The notes under the pieces: generated by a model
The model's database searches: none
The model's input: only the letters and a program-made list of their open reading frames with translations
Told to the model about the DNA's origin: nothing
Assembly (NCBI GenBank): GCA_016125035.1
Contig: WGMN01000001.1
Coordinates: 258,427-322,426 of the forward strand
From: Pseudomonadota bacterium
Lineage (GTDB): Bacteria > Pseudomonadota > Alphaproteobacteria > UBA2136 > UBA6156
Direction of reading: 5' to 3'
DNA: 64,000 nucleotides
Translations under genes and position numbers: made by a program
In this document: positions 27,429 to 37,110 of the stretch, in pieces
Position numbering within the stretch: position 1 is the stretch's first letter
How the letters are laid out: the number at the start of each line of letters is the position of its first letter

Positions 27429-29330
27429 TTAGCCCGGACCGCCGCCGGCGTTGGTATAAATGCAGCCGGATTTGGTGGAGTAGATTTTTTCCACGCGTTT
27501 GGCAAATTCTCCGCGGACCTTGGCAAGTTCATTGAGACGGGCAATTTGCTCGTCAACCGCCGGGATCATTACTTCCTTCACAACACGGGCGAGACGCTCG
27601 CGCAGTTCGGGGCTATCGATGAGGTCTGGGGTGGTGGCAGCACCATCCGCAGCAGTGGTGGCAGCAGGCTGTTTGATGCCTGCGCCTTTTTCGGTAAGCA
27701 GGCGGGCATAGACCTCTTTGAGTTTGAGGCTGAGGTAGCGATAGGTATCGCGCGTGGCGGTGAGAGCGACATCGTTGCTGCTTATATCGTAAAAAGCTGC
27801 GGTATCGGTGGCGTTACACTGGGTTTGCAGATCGGTTACGATATAGGGATCAAAGATGGGGATGGTTTGGTTAGCCGTGCAACCCAGCGCGACAAGAGCC
27901 AGGGAAGGCAGTGCGGCTTTGTCAGTAGCATAGGCCGCGGGTAGTTTAAGTTGAGCGTCAATAATGGTTTGTAGATCGCTCACACCTATATCGTTCAGAT
28001 TTACGGCAACGGATTGTGACGGCACGATTTGGTGATTACCGGTGTCATCTGCAGCTTGGGCGGGGTCTCGGCCGTTAATAATTTGCACGTAGGTCTGCAA
28101 GGCATACTTCATGTTGTTGGAGCTGCAGTTGAGGTAGTCCTTTTGGAATTCGGCAGTCAAAGGGTCTGAAATAGCTATATTAGAGGAATAGCTGAGACCA
28201 CGACTGAGAGTTAATTTTGTTTTGTCGGCGGCCAGAGACAAAGTCGCGGGGTCGATGTTGGCGGCTTTTATTTTTTGGAAGACCTGGTCTATCCAATCCG
28301 GGACAATTTTGTTGTTCATGATGAAGCGCATGAGATCGAAGAACACCGAGGTTTGCAGGGGGGCTTCCTTGACACCGTAATCGGTGCTGGGGGTGCAGCC
28401 GCCGCTAAGATCGGAGCCGTTGCAAAGGCGTACTTGCGGCACCAACAGCAGCGGCCAGCACGCTGTGGTTGAGTTGCTGGTATTGGTCGCGTCGGCAGAT
28501 GAGGTGTTTGTGGCTGCAGGGCATAGCAGGGGGCGGATGGATTCGTTCACGTTCTCTGTGCCACGGATGACATCGGCGAAGGCTTTACCGCTCTCTTTGC
28601 GTTTCTTCAAAGCAGCGTCATCGCTGGCGTATTGCATGGAGCAGACCTCCCACGCCTGGGCGTACGCCTGGGCTTTTACGATATCATCCTTGTTGGTGAC
28701 CTGCGGGGCGGACTGAATGGCATTGGTTGAGGTGTTTGTATTGTTGGCGGCGTTGGCTGTTTGCGCGGCATCATAAGCTTTGGTGACGATGTCCATGCGG
28801 ATGGGGACCTGCTCTTTGACGCAGGCGCTCATGTACTGGTTTTTGGCGTCCTGCTTGAGGGAATCGAGCTTACAGGCTTGCTGGAATTGTTGGTAACGGG
28901 CGTTGCCGTAAGAGTTTAGAGTATCGAACAGCGCGGCGGTTTGCGGCAGGCTGTAGTTGTAGGTGAGGATTTGTTTGGCCAGCTCCGAGTTAACGTCTTT
29001 TTTAAACTTATCGAAGACTTCCGGCATGTTAAACAGGGCGCTGGTGTAATCACCCTGGCCGATACCACCGCAGCCCTTGAGGGCATCCACGTCATCATCG
29101 GTAGTGGCGACGGGGGTGGTGGGGAAGGTGGTGTTTTGGGTGTTATCGGTGCCGAGGTTGAGCATTCCGGAGGGGCCGCCAAAGGCGCTTCCAGACTCGG
29201 AGAAGTAGTATTGGGGGGCGGTTGTGGTGGTGGACGCCGTGGGGCTTGGGTCATCGGCAAATGCGGGTACCGCAATGGCTGAAAACAGCCATAGGCCGAG
29301 CACGGCGAGGGCGGCGGGGCGGAAACTCAT
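27429..29330 (-). CDS. secreted Cys-containing protein with C-terminal coiled coil, TraH-like (tentative)
   Basis: Signal peptide (MSFRPAALAVLGLWLFSAIAVPAFA), an N/T-rich body and a C-terminal coiled coil. The region has markedly lower GC. Confidence 0.35.
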   Translation of the reverse strand: MSFRPAALAVLGLWLFSAIAVPAFADDPSPTASTTTTAPQYYFSESGSAFGGPSGMLNLGTDNTQNTTFPTTPVATTDDDVDALKGCGGIGQGDYTSALFNMPEVFDKFKKDVNSELAKQILTYNYSLPQTAALFDTLNSYGNARYQQFQQACKLDSLKQDAKNQYMSACVKEQVPIRMDIVTKAYDAAQTANAANNTNTSTNAIQSAPQVTNKDDIVKAQAYAQAWEVCSMQYASDDAALKKRKESGKAFADVIRGTENVNESIRPLLCPAATNTSSADATNTSNSTTACWPLLLVPQVRLCNGSDLSGGCTPSTDYGVKEAPLQTSVFFDLMRFIMNNKIVPDWIDQVFQKIKAANIDPATLSLAADKTKLTLSRGLSYSSNIAISDPLTAEFQKDYLNCSSNNMKYALQTYVQIINGRDPAQAADDTGNHQIVPSQSVAVNLNDIGVSDLQTIIDAQLKLPAAYATDKAALPSLALVALGCTANQTIPIFDPYIVTDLQTQCNATDTAAFYDISSNDVALTATRDTYRYLSLKLKEVYARLLTEKGAGIKQPAATTAADGAATTPDLIDSPELRERLARVVKEVMIPAVDEQIARLNELAKVRGEFAKRVEKIYSTKSGCIYTNAGGGPG

Positions 29331-29370
29331 ACCTTTAAGTTTGGGGCGGGAGGCTTTGTGTTGCAAGGGG

Positions 29371-31551
29371 TTAGCCGCCCTTTGCCGGGTGTTTGACCAG
29401 GGTGACGCGCAGGGCGTTTTGCGCGGTGGCGATTTTTTCAAAAATATGTTCGAGTTCAAGTGTTTGGCGGTGGGAAAGATTCATGCTGCGGGCTTGTTGC
29501 ACGGCTTTTTCCAGGTGGTGGGCCACCCTGGCCAGGCGCTCTTGTAAACCGTAGAAGGCCTTGATTTCCTTGAGATAACTGGCCACGGTGGCTTCGTCGG
29601 CCTGGGACATCAGGGCGTGGGCTTCCAGCTCGCGTTTGAGGCTTTCCACCGTGCTTCCAAGCTCTTGAATTTGCGCGGTTTGTTGAGCGATGGTGGCCTC
29701 GCGCTGCTTGCCCCAGGTCTCGGCGTCGCGCAGGGCGGTCTCCAGGGCCTCTTGACGTTTTTTCAAGGCGTTAGCCACCGCCGGGGCGAGGCTGTTCGCT
29801 GCCGATGGCGGCAATTCGCTGCGGCCGGGCGGCAAGGAAGCGGCAGAAAGCGGCAAAACGCTGCCGGAAGCGGCGGCGGGGGCGAGGTGCTTGATCTGCC
29901 CTGCTGCCGCAGCCTCGTAAAGTTCGGTGAACTGGGGGCCCCTGCCCCATGAGGCGCCGTGCTGGCGGATGAAATCGGCCATCTCCTCCTGCGCGCTCTG
30001 GGGCAGGTCGACCGCGGTGGAAGCGTTGGTGATCTGCACCAGGCCGTCCTCGAACAGTTGGCGCAGGCGCGGCGAGGCTTTTTCCCTGACCTTGGCGTAG
30101 ACGATGACGTTGGGGCGCGAGGTGCCCAGTGCCTCGGCTATTTTGCCCTGCGACAAGCCCAGCGTGAGCAGCGCGCCGATGGCGAAGTAGAGCTCTATTT
30201 TATCCAGCGGGCGGGTGCGGGCATTGAGGCAGATGCGCAGGGTTTGCGCGGCCTGCACCGACGGCGTGGCGCGCACCTGGCACAACAGCCTGTCCACCCC
30301 CTTGGCGCGGGCGGCGTGGATGCGGCGCTCGCCGTCGATCACCGCGCCTTCCGGCGTGATGAGCAGCGGCGGCCAGTGCTCGGCGTCGCCGTCGGTGAGT
30401 TTGCGGATGTGGGGCAGATTTTCCGGCGCGAGGTTGGAAGGAGGCCTGAACTCCAGCCCCAGCGAGGTAAGCACGGAGATGGGCCGCCATTCCACGCCTT
30501 GCAGGGCGAAGGTTTCGTCTTCCTCTGGCGTGAGGCTTGCCGGCAGGGCTTGGCCGGAATCGGCATCTTCCGCCGCCGCGGGTGGTTGCTGTTTGGCGGA
30601 GAGGGCCAGGCCATCGCGCAGCTCCGGGTACTCGGTGGCGAAGGCGGCGGCGATTTGCGCGGCGCGGCCCGGCACGGCATTGGACATGGCCTCTTCCAAG
30701 AGGCGTTGGGCGCGCTTCTCGTTCAGCCCCAGTTTGCGGAAATCGTAGACCACGCTTTTTAAGTCGGCATCCAGCAGGCGTTGGACGTAGAAGGCGTCCA
30801 TCAGCTCATTAAGGATCTGGCTGGCGCGGGAGTCGGTCACCCCGAAGTGGTAGGCGATCTCTTCAAAGCTGGCGACGCCGCCGACCTTGACGTGCATCAG
30901 CGCGGCGCGGCGCTTTTCGTCCCGTTCCGCGGCAATGAGGTCATTGAGTTTGCGCTCGATGAAGCTATCCTGGGCGATCTTCATCAGCAGGTTGGTTTGG
31001 CGCGAGCGCTGGGCGGAGGAGGCCTCGGAACGCAGATGCTCTTGCATGGTGCTTTCCTGGTCGAGGTGTTGCACCAGCAGCGGCGGGTTCTCGCGAAACT
31101 GGGCGCGGTCGGCGTCGGACATATCATTCATGTGCGCCTGGCGGGCCTGGTATTCGGGGTCGCGGTTGCGCATCTCCAGCGCCTTGCCTTCCAACCGGCT
31201 GCCGAAGAAAGTGTTGAACTGCACGGTGACCACCTCGCCGCCGGCCTTGGTGTAGACCGGGTTGAAATCGCGCAGGCAGGTGAGCAGCACTTCGTAGGCC
31301 TCTTGCAGCAGGTCATCGCCATCTAAGTGATAATGCCGCGCCAGGCTGAACGCCGCCTGGCGGCGGCCATGGATATACTTGACCGCGGATTGGCGCGCCA
31401 GTTGGTAACCTGCGTCTTCTGTTTTAAGGGCCTCGGCACGCACGGAGGTGGGGCTGCTTTGCCGCGCCTTGGCCGCCCCTTTGGCGGCGGCGGCTTTTTT
31501 GGGCGATGCGGCGGCGGCCTTTTTGGCCGCGGGCTTAGTGGTTTTGGGCAT
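29371..31551 (-). CDS. fusion protein: Lys/Ala-rich tail + ECF-sigma-like regions 2 and 4 + ParB-like N-domain/HTH + C-terminal coiled coil
   Basis: The N-terminal tail MPKTTKPAAKKAAAASPKKAAAAKGAAKA is histone-H1-like. DLLQEAYEVLLTCLRDFNP is sigma region 2-like, and SFEEIAYHFGVTDSRASQILNEL is region 4-like. VIDGERRIHAARAKG is ParB box-like, and GKIAEALGTSRPNVI is an HTH. Confidence 0.6.
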   Translation of the reverse strand: MPKTTKPAAKKAAAASPKKAAAAKGAAKARQSSPTSVRAEALKTEDAGYQLARQSAVKYIHGRRQAAFSLARHYHLDGDDLLQEAYEVLLTCLRDFNPVYTKAGGEVVTVQFNTFFGSRLEGKALEMRNRDPEYQARQAHMNDMSDADRAQFRENPPLLVQHLDQESTMQEHLRSEASSAQRSRQTNLLMKIAQDSFIERKLNDLIAAERDEKRRAALMHVKVGGVASFEEIAYHFGVTDSRASQILNELMDAFYVQRLLDADLKSVVYDFRKLGLNEKRAQRLLEEAMSNAVPGRAAQIAAAFATEYPELRDGLALSAKQQPPAAAEDADSGQALPASLTPEEDETFALQGVEWRPISVLTSLGLEFRPPSNLAPENLPHIRKLTDGDAEHWPPLLITPEGAVIDGERRIHAARAKGVDRLLCQVRATPSVQAAQTLRICLNARTRPLDKIELYFAIGALLTLGLSQGKIAEALGTSRPNVIVYAKVREKASPRLRQLFEDGLVQITNASTAVDLPQSAQEEMADFIRQHGASWGRGPQFTELYEAAAAGQIKHLAPAAASGSVLPLSAASLPPGRSELPPSAANSLAPAVANALKKRQEALETALRDAETWGKQREATIAQQTAQIQELGSTVESLKRELEAHALMSQADEATVASYLKEIKAFYGLQERLARVAHHLEKAVQQARSMNLSHRQTLELEHIFEKIATAQNALRVTLVKHPAKGG

Positions 31552-31730
31552 ACGTGCCTCTTTTTAATTGTTGGCCCGAGCATGCCACATTGTGGCCGGG
31601 GCGTCAGGGGCGCAAGCGAGGGCGGGGGTGAGTGCTGACAGGGGGTGTGGCAGTTGCGCTACCGCCCCCACAGGCAAGCCGCCCTCCCCTGCGCCTGTGG
31701 TGTGGAGAGGGCGGCCTGTTGCCGGAGCTT

Positions 31731-32177
31731 TTACCAGCGCCGCCAGTAAAGGTAGGTTTGCGGCGGTTCGTATTCGTAATAGACCGGCGGCGGGCGGTAG
31801 ACCACCACCGGCGCCACCGCGACCGGATAGGGGACCGGCACGTAGACAGTGGCCGGCGGTACCACAGGTGGCGGGGGCACGACCGGGGCGGGCTGAGGCA
31901 CCGGCATGACCGAGGTGCTGTCCTGCACCGTTTTGGTGGTAGTGCTTGTGGTGGAGCCCACCGGGGCAGCAGGCGCCGGCGTGGTGACCGTGGTGCTGCT
32001 CTCGGTATGGCTGATGACCACGTTGCCGCCGAGGAAGCAGCCCTTGGTGGCGAGCTCGGCCAGTTTGGCCGGCGTGAGGACGGTTGGCCAATCGCACACC
32101 GGCTGGGCGGCGGAAGCAATGGACAGGCTGGCGACGAGGCAGGCGGCGGGAAGCGTGCCGCGGAGAAGTGGGCGCAT
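31731..32177 (-). CDS. small secreted Pro/Val-rich protein
   Basis: Signal peptide followed by a PxxP-rich low-complexity region. Confidence 0.4.
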   Translation of the reverse strand: MRPLLRGTLPAACLVASLSIASAAQPVCDWPTVLTPAKLAELATKGCFLGGNVVISHTESSTTVTTPAPAAPVGSTTSTTTKTVQDSTSVMPVPQPAPVVPPPPVVPPATVYVPVPYPVAVAPVVVYRPPPVYYEYEPPQTYLYWRRW

Positions 32178-32294
32178 GGCGGCCCTCCTTATTTTGCGAG
32201 AACGGAACGGGTGGATGGCCCGCCCTGGCGGGCGGCGTAGGCTCTTAAGACGTTAGATGCATACAGTTATTGCGGTAAAATGGCAAGGCGGCTT

Positions 32295-34064
32295 TTAGGC
32301 CGCGCCTTTTTTGGCCTGGTTTTTGAGGGTTTGCTGGAGCTCGCCCAGGAAAGGACTGGGTTGCGGCGTGTGCCAGGTGAGCAGCAGGTTGGCGCGGGTG
32401 CGGCTGATGGCCAGGTAGAACATGCGGCGCTCGTGGTCGGGGTTAGGGCCCAGCAGGGTTTGCGGCGGCCACGGCCAGGAGGCGGCGCCGGCGTGGGGCA
32501 AGATGACGGTGGTGAACTCCATATTACGCACCTCGCGCACCGGGGCGACGGTGATGGGGGACTCCATATTCGGCAGGGTTTCCTGCATGACGCGGGGCAG
32601 CACCTCGGTGAGTTTGCCCGACAGGCTGAGCAGGGTATCGGTGGCCAGCAACGCCTCCGGGTGCTCGGCCGCCGGGAGGGTGGTGAGGAGCTCGGCCACC
32701 AGGGACTTGAAGACGTCTCGCGGCGGCATGGCCTTGGCCTGCAACAGCTGCCCGGCACCGGCAAAAGCACGGCGCACCCGCTGCACCGCGGTTTGCAGCG
32801 GCGGGGTGAGCCCTTCCAACGGCGGCAGCGGGCAACCGGCCGCCAGCCAGCCCTCGGCCCTAAGGCCCTGGCTGAACAGCCCCGTTACCACCCCCGCCGG
32901 CAGGCCGAAACCGATGAGCACCAGCTGCAAATGCGCGGGCGTGGCCTGGCCGAGCATGACGTAGAGCATGGCCAGCACCAGCTGGGCGGTGGGATTCTCC
33001 CATATAAGCCGGGCGTAGCTGGCCGGGTTCATGCCTGCCTTGCGCAGCACCTGGGTGATGAGCGAAGCGGTAAAATCATCCCGCGTGAGGATGCCGATGG
33101 CCAAGCGCGAGCCCTTGGCCTGCGCCAGCAGTTGCGAGCAGGTGCTGGCAAGGAAGGCGTGCTCGGCCACCGCGGAGGGGAAGGCCTCGGCGCGGAGGTC
33201 TCCCGGGTTGGGGTTGGCGGTGCCGTCGCCCTTGGTGGCGCGGTGCTTGAGCTGGCGGGCGATTTTGTTAATGGCGGGGGCCAGGGTTTTGGGCAGGCGG
33301 AAGCTGACCTCCAGATTAAAGCGTGTGATGTCTGGCCAGGCTTCCACCGCCTCGATGGCTTGCAGGCCCATGGCGCCGTCTTGCACGAAGGCGGTGATGT
33401 CGTCATCTGCCGCCATGGTGAGGGCCACCCCGCTGCCCATGTGCATTTGCAGCCAGATGAGCTGGAGCTCGGTGGCGTCTTGCAGGTTATCCAGCAGAAT
33501 GTGCGACACCGGCAGCGGCGGGACCTTGCCCTCCCGCATGCCCAGCACGTGGCGGCGGATGATGTCGTGCCTATCGAGCAGGCCGAGTTCTTCCAGCTTG
33601 TGCTGGTAGGCGCTGACGAAGGCGTAGTGGCGGTCGGTCTCTGGCAGCTTTTTGGCGTGGCTTTTGGCCGCGCGGATGATGTGCTCGGCCTCGGACAGTG
33701 TGCCGGGGAACGCTTGCTGGGCCACCAGTGTGCGCAGGATCTCCCTCACCTGGTTGTTGCTGACGAAGGAGAAGGGCTCGCCCGCTGCTTGCAGTTGCGC
33801 GGCGGCGAGGTCTCGCAGCGTGCCGGCGCGCAGGCCGCCGGTGGCGATGTGTGCGTTGAATTGCGGGTAGTGACCGTGGGCGTAGCTTTTGATGTACTCC
33901 AGGCTGCGGAAGGCGAAGGTGCACAGCGCCGCCTTTTGGCCGGAAGTGATGAGGCGGTGGGCTTTTTCCAGCAGCAGCAGCGTTTTGCCCGAGCCGGGTG
34001 GGCCGACCACCAGGGCGCTCTCATGGTGTTTGAGGACTGCTTGCTGGCTGCGCGACCACTCCAC
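32295..34064 (-). CDS. UvrD/Rep-like superfamily I helicase domain protein
   Basis: Walker A VVGPPGSGKT and the UvrD_C-like motif FYLAISRTRANLLLTW. Motif II reads DNLQD rather than DEFQD. Confidence 0.65.
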   Translation of the reverse strand: MEWSRSQQAVLKHHESALVVGPPGSGKTLLLLEKAHRLITSGQKAALCTFAFRSLEYIKSYAHGHYPQFNAHIATGGLRAGTLRDLAAAQLQAAGEPFSFVSNNQVREILRTLVAQQAFPGTLSEAEHIIRAAKSHAKKLPETDRHYAFVSAYQHKLEELGLLDRHDIIRRHVLGMREGKVPPLPVSHILLDNLQDATELQLIWLQMHMGSGVALTMAADDDITAFVQDGAMGLQAIEAVEAWPDITRFNLEVSFRLPKTLAPAINKIARQLKHRATKGDGTANPNPGDLRAEAFPSAVAEHAFLASTCSQLLAQAKGSRLAIGILTRDDFTASLITQVLRKAGMNPASYARLIWENPTAQLVLAMLYVMLGQATPAHLQLVLIGFGLPAGVVTGLFSQGLRAEGWLAAGCPLPPLEGLTPPLQTAVQRVRRAFAGAGQLLQAKAMPPRDVFKSLVAELLTTLPAAEHPEALLATDTLLSLSGKLTEVLPRVMQETLPNMESPITVAPVREVRNMEFTTVILPHAGAASWPWPPQTLLGPNPDHERRMFYLAISRTRANLLLTWHTPQPSPFLGELQQTLKNQAKKGAA

Positions 34065-34073
34065 GGCCGGGCC

Positions 34074-34862
34074 TTACGCGCTGGGGTTGACGCGGTGGAT
34101 GCGCAGGTACATGGCGTAGACGTTGCGGATGTAACGGTTGGCATAGTAAGCCGTGCCGCTGTGGTAGCGGCCCACCAGGCCCCACCAGTCGCGGCCGGAG
34201 TCGCGGTTCTCGAGCAGGTATTGCACGGCGTAGGCCAGGTTGGAATCAACATTAAAGGCCTGGTGCAAGGTGGCGAAGTGGCTGCCGTGCACGCGCCAGT
34301 TAATTTGCATCATGCCGATATCGAGGTTGGTGTAGCCGCTGGAGAGGAAGCGTTGGGCAAAATTCTCGGCCTCCTGCGTGTTATTGAAGCGGCGCGAGAA
34401 CGGCCGCGGTTGCAGCACCACCGGGGAGAGATCGGACAGCGCAGAGAGCTGGGCCGATGTTTCCGCCGCGCTGGCGTTGGAGCGGGCGATGCCCGGGGCG
34501 CGGAAGTCGAACCTTACGAAGCCCATGGCGCGCCACTGGTTAAGGGCGGAGAGCGCGGCGGCGCGGCCGGAAAGTGTGCGCGAGGACGGTGCGTTGACGC
34601 CCACGGTGTAGGGCCACGGCAACACCCAGCCGCGGATGCCCTGCCCGGTTTCCACCAGGCTGATGGCGTGGAGCAGGCCGGGCGGGATGTTGTGGGTGTG
34701 CTCGGCCTCGCTGATGAGCAGCCAGGCGTTGCGCGCGACCACCGGGTCGAAGGGGTCGGAGGCGTACTCGGCCTGTGCGTGGATGCTGCCGATGGCGGCG
34801 AAAAGCGGCAGCAGGAGGAAGAGGAACTTCACGGTTATTTTATGGGGGGCGGCGTTAGGCAT
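34074..34862 (-). CDS. specialised lytic transglycosylase (SLT domain, VirB1/IagB-like)
   Basis: Signal peptide, then an SLT catalytic region (LLHAISLVETG…QINW). Confidence 0.7.
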   Translation of the reverse strand: MPNAAPHKITVKFLFLLLPLFAAIGSIHAQAEYASDPFDPVVARNAWLLISEAEHTHNIPPGLLHAISLVETGQGIRGWVLPWPYTVGVNAPSSRTLSGRAAALSALNQWRAMGFVRFDFRAPGIARSNASAAETSAQLSALSDLSPVVLQPRPFSRRFNNTQEAENFAQRFLSSGYTNLDIGMMQINWRVHGSHFATLHQAFNVDSNLAYAVQYLLENRDSGRDWWGLVGRYHSGTAYYANRYIRNVYAMYLRIHRVNPSA

Positions 34863-34873
34863 TGCTGGCAACC

Positions 34874-35602
34874 CTACCGCAAGAATACCAGGAACAGCAC
34901 GCCTTTGTCGCCGGGCTGGCCAGCCGGGGCAAGGCGCAGGTTTTCCATGGAAGCAAAGCGCAGCACGCCCCACTCATCGGTTTTGGGAATGGTGATGGCC
35001 GGGAGGTTGACCTCGTTAGGTTTGGCGTACTCATTACGCACGTGCACCACCAGGCCGGTAAGCTGGGGAGATTGCCAGACCTCGGCGAGATCGAACATCA
35101 TGCCGTTGCCGCGGAACCAGTTGGGGATGACGTAGGTCTCGCGGTTCACTCCAGGGATGTCTTCATCCTGGGCCATGGAGCGGATGAGATCATGCGGGCC
35201 GAAGTTTTTGGAAATGTTACGCTTGACCTGGTCGAGCTCCAGCCCGTTGACGACTTGCAGGAACGAGCGGTAGGGCACGTCGGTGGTGAGCACCACGATG
35301 TAGGTGTTGCCCGATTGGCCGGTGAGGAACATGCGTGTGGCCATTTTGGGCAGCAGCGAGCGCATGCGGAAGGCGCGGTTGTTGTAGCCATCGACCACCA
35401 GGATATCGACGTAGCTGGGGTCTTCCAGCGTGACGTTGGTGATGGGTTCGGGGAATTCCACATGAGAGACGTCGTCTTGCGTCAGCCCGATGGTGAGGGT
35501 TTTGGTGGGCCCCTGCCACACCAGAGTATCGGCATGCAGCGCGGCAAAGGGCAGCGCCAGCAGGGCGAGGATGAGCAGGAGGGGGCGCAAGGCGTTCTTC
35601 AT
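34874..35602 (-). CDS. TraK/VirB9-like secreted protein
   Basis: 242 aa, the same length as F TraK, with a signal peptide and a β-rich body. It sits between the TraE-like gene and the lytic transglycosylase. Confidence 0.4.
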   Translation of the reverse strand: MKNALRPLLLILALLALPFAALHADTLVWQGPTKTLTIGLTQDDVSHVEFPEPITNVTLEDPSYVDILVVDGYNNRAFRMRSLLPKMATRMFLTGQSGNTYIVVLTTDVPYRSFLQVVNGLELDQVKRNISKNFGPHDLIRSMAQDEDIPGVNRETYVIPNWFRGNGMMFDLAEVWQSPQLTGLVVHVRNEYAKPNEVNLPAITIPKTDEWGVLRFASMENLRLAPAGQPGDKGVLFLVFLR

Positions 35603-35696
35603 GGATTGGTGGGCTGATTTTGCATGGTTTGCCCCTGCTTGGCCAGTGCCTTATGGGGAAGAGCGCTGAAGTTGTGGGCCATGACACAGGCAGCGG

Positions 35697-36359
35697 TTAC
35701 TGGGCCGGCGGCGCGGCGGCCGGAGCGGGAGCGCCGCCGGGAGTGGTGAGCGGTGTTTCCTTATAAGAACTGAGTTTGAGGCCGTAGGGGTTGGCCGGGC
35801 TGACTTGCGTTTTCTCGAACTTCATGGCGATTTGCAGGGGCACGTTTTCCGCCACCGTGCCGGCGATGATGGTGTTGAGCTGGCCGATGATGGTGACCTC
35901 GCGTATGTCTACGCCGTTCTCGCTGTATTTTTTGACTTGCAGGGAGGATTCGTCTGGCACGAAGAGCGATGAGCGGCGGTCGGCGGTGGAATCGCGGATC
36001 TTACGCTCGAAGTAGGGCACGGAGTCGGTGAGCAGGGCGGGGGAAAAGAAGCTTCTGATCGCGCTGTATTGTTTGGCCATGGTCTCGGGCGTGAAGGAGT
36101 TGATGGACTGGGTGATGTAGCTGGTGAACATCATCGTCAGGCGGTCGTCTTCCGTGGGGCTGTAGAGCCCGGTGGCGGCGCCGGGCACCACGATGACCGG
36201 CAGGCTCATGCGGCGTTGCATCAGCTGCGCGTTGAGCGAGGCGTTGCGGCTTAGCTGGCAGGTGGTGACCAGGCCCAGCACGATGACGCAGATGAGCAGC
36301 ACACCGGCGATGCGGTGGGCACGGTCAATGACAGCTCCGGCGCGGGCGACGAAATCCAT
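35697..36359 (-). CDS. TraE/VirB8-like bitopic protein
   Basis: An N-terminal TM followed by a periplasmic domain of about 170 aa. The position follows the TraL-like gene. Confidence 0.35.
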   Translation of the reverse strand: MDFVARAGAVIDRAHRIAGVLLICVIVLGLVTTCQLSRNASLNAQLMQRRMSLPVIVVPGAATGLYSPTEDDRLTMMFTSYITQSINSFTPETMAKQYSAIRSFFSPALLTDSVPYFERKIRDSTADRRSSLFVPDESSLQVKKYSENGVDIREVTIIGQLNTIIAGTVAENVPLQIAMKFEKTQVSPANPYGLKLSSYKETPLTTPGGAPAPAAAPPAQ

Positions 36360-36469
36360 GCGGCAAGCTTAGCGTGTTGGCGCAAAGATGGGGAGGGATT
36401 AGGCGTGGCACCCGGGTGGTTTGCGGCAGGGGGTGTGGGAATTGGGGGACTGGGACCCGCAGGCGGGCC

Positions 36470-36736
36470 CTACATTTCCAGCTTTTTACAAAACCGCGGA
36501 GATGGGCGCATGCGGCCCAGCTGGATGTAGCGGTACATGACCCGCATGGCCAGCCCTTCCGGCTTATCCATGGTGAGTTTGTACATGAAGTAGGCCGCCA
36601 TGGCGCCCAGCAGGATGGACGGCAGCGCCTTGCCGCTGACAAACATGCAGGCGTAGTAGGTGGTGAGGTAAGTCATGACGTATTCAGGCGTGCGGTTGGG
36701 CCTGTCGATATTACGGGGCACGGAGCGCATTTGCAT
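36470..36736 (-). CDS. TraL/VirB3-like small membrane protein
   Basis: About 70-88 aa with one hydrophobic helix and basic flanks. It sits directly after the pilin genes, as traL does in the F plasmid. Confidence 0.3.
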   Translation of the reverse strand: MQMRSVPRNIDRPNRTPEYVMTYLTTYYACMFVSGKALPSILLGAMAAYFMYKLTMDKPEGLAMRVMYRYIQLGRMRPSPRFCKKLEM

Positions 36737-36742
36737 GGCGGG

Positions 36743-37090
36743 TTACTGCACCGTGACCGTGCCGCACGTGCCCCCCAGGCTGCTGACGATGGGGCAGACG
36801 ATGCCGCGGAAACCGTTAAAGACCGTGGGCAGCATGGTGATGATGACCCCGCACAGAATAAGCACCATGCCAAAGCTGGTGTTGCCCTTGGCGCCTATGG
36901 TCCACACGCCGAGGAAGGCCACCGCCAGCCCGAAAGCCAGGCCCAGTTTGCCGGTGATGATGAGCTTGAGCAGTGCAAGCTCGGCACTGCCGACAGGTGC
37001 CTGGGCGGCCTCGGCCCAGCCCATGGAAACGGCGCCGATACCCAGAAGTATCAGCGCCGTAAAGAGGAGCAGGGTTGCGCGCGTTGGCAC
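36743..37090 (-). CDS. VirB2/TrbC-like T4SS pilin (paralogue 1)
   Basis: 115 aa. A signal peptide is followed by two hydrophobic helices separated by a short loop. Confidence 0.55.
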   Translation of the reverse strand: MPTRATLLLFTALILLGIGAVSMGWAEAAQAPVGSAELALLKLIITGKLGLAFGLAVAFLGVWTIGAKGNTSFGMVLILCGVIITMLPTVFNGFRGIVCPIVSSLGGTCGTVTVQ

Positions 37091-37110
37091 AGCTTAACCT
37101 TTGCCGCGGC

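Noticed and set aside
32280-35135. 951-aa plus-strand ORF spanning the helicase, lytic transglycosylase and TraK-like genes
   Set aside because: It is antisense to three well-supported minus-strand genes. Its composition is G/A/R-rich low complexity, so it is a GC-frame artefact.
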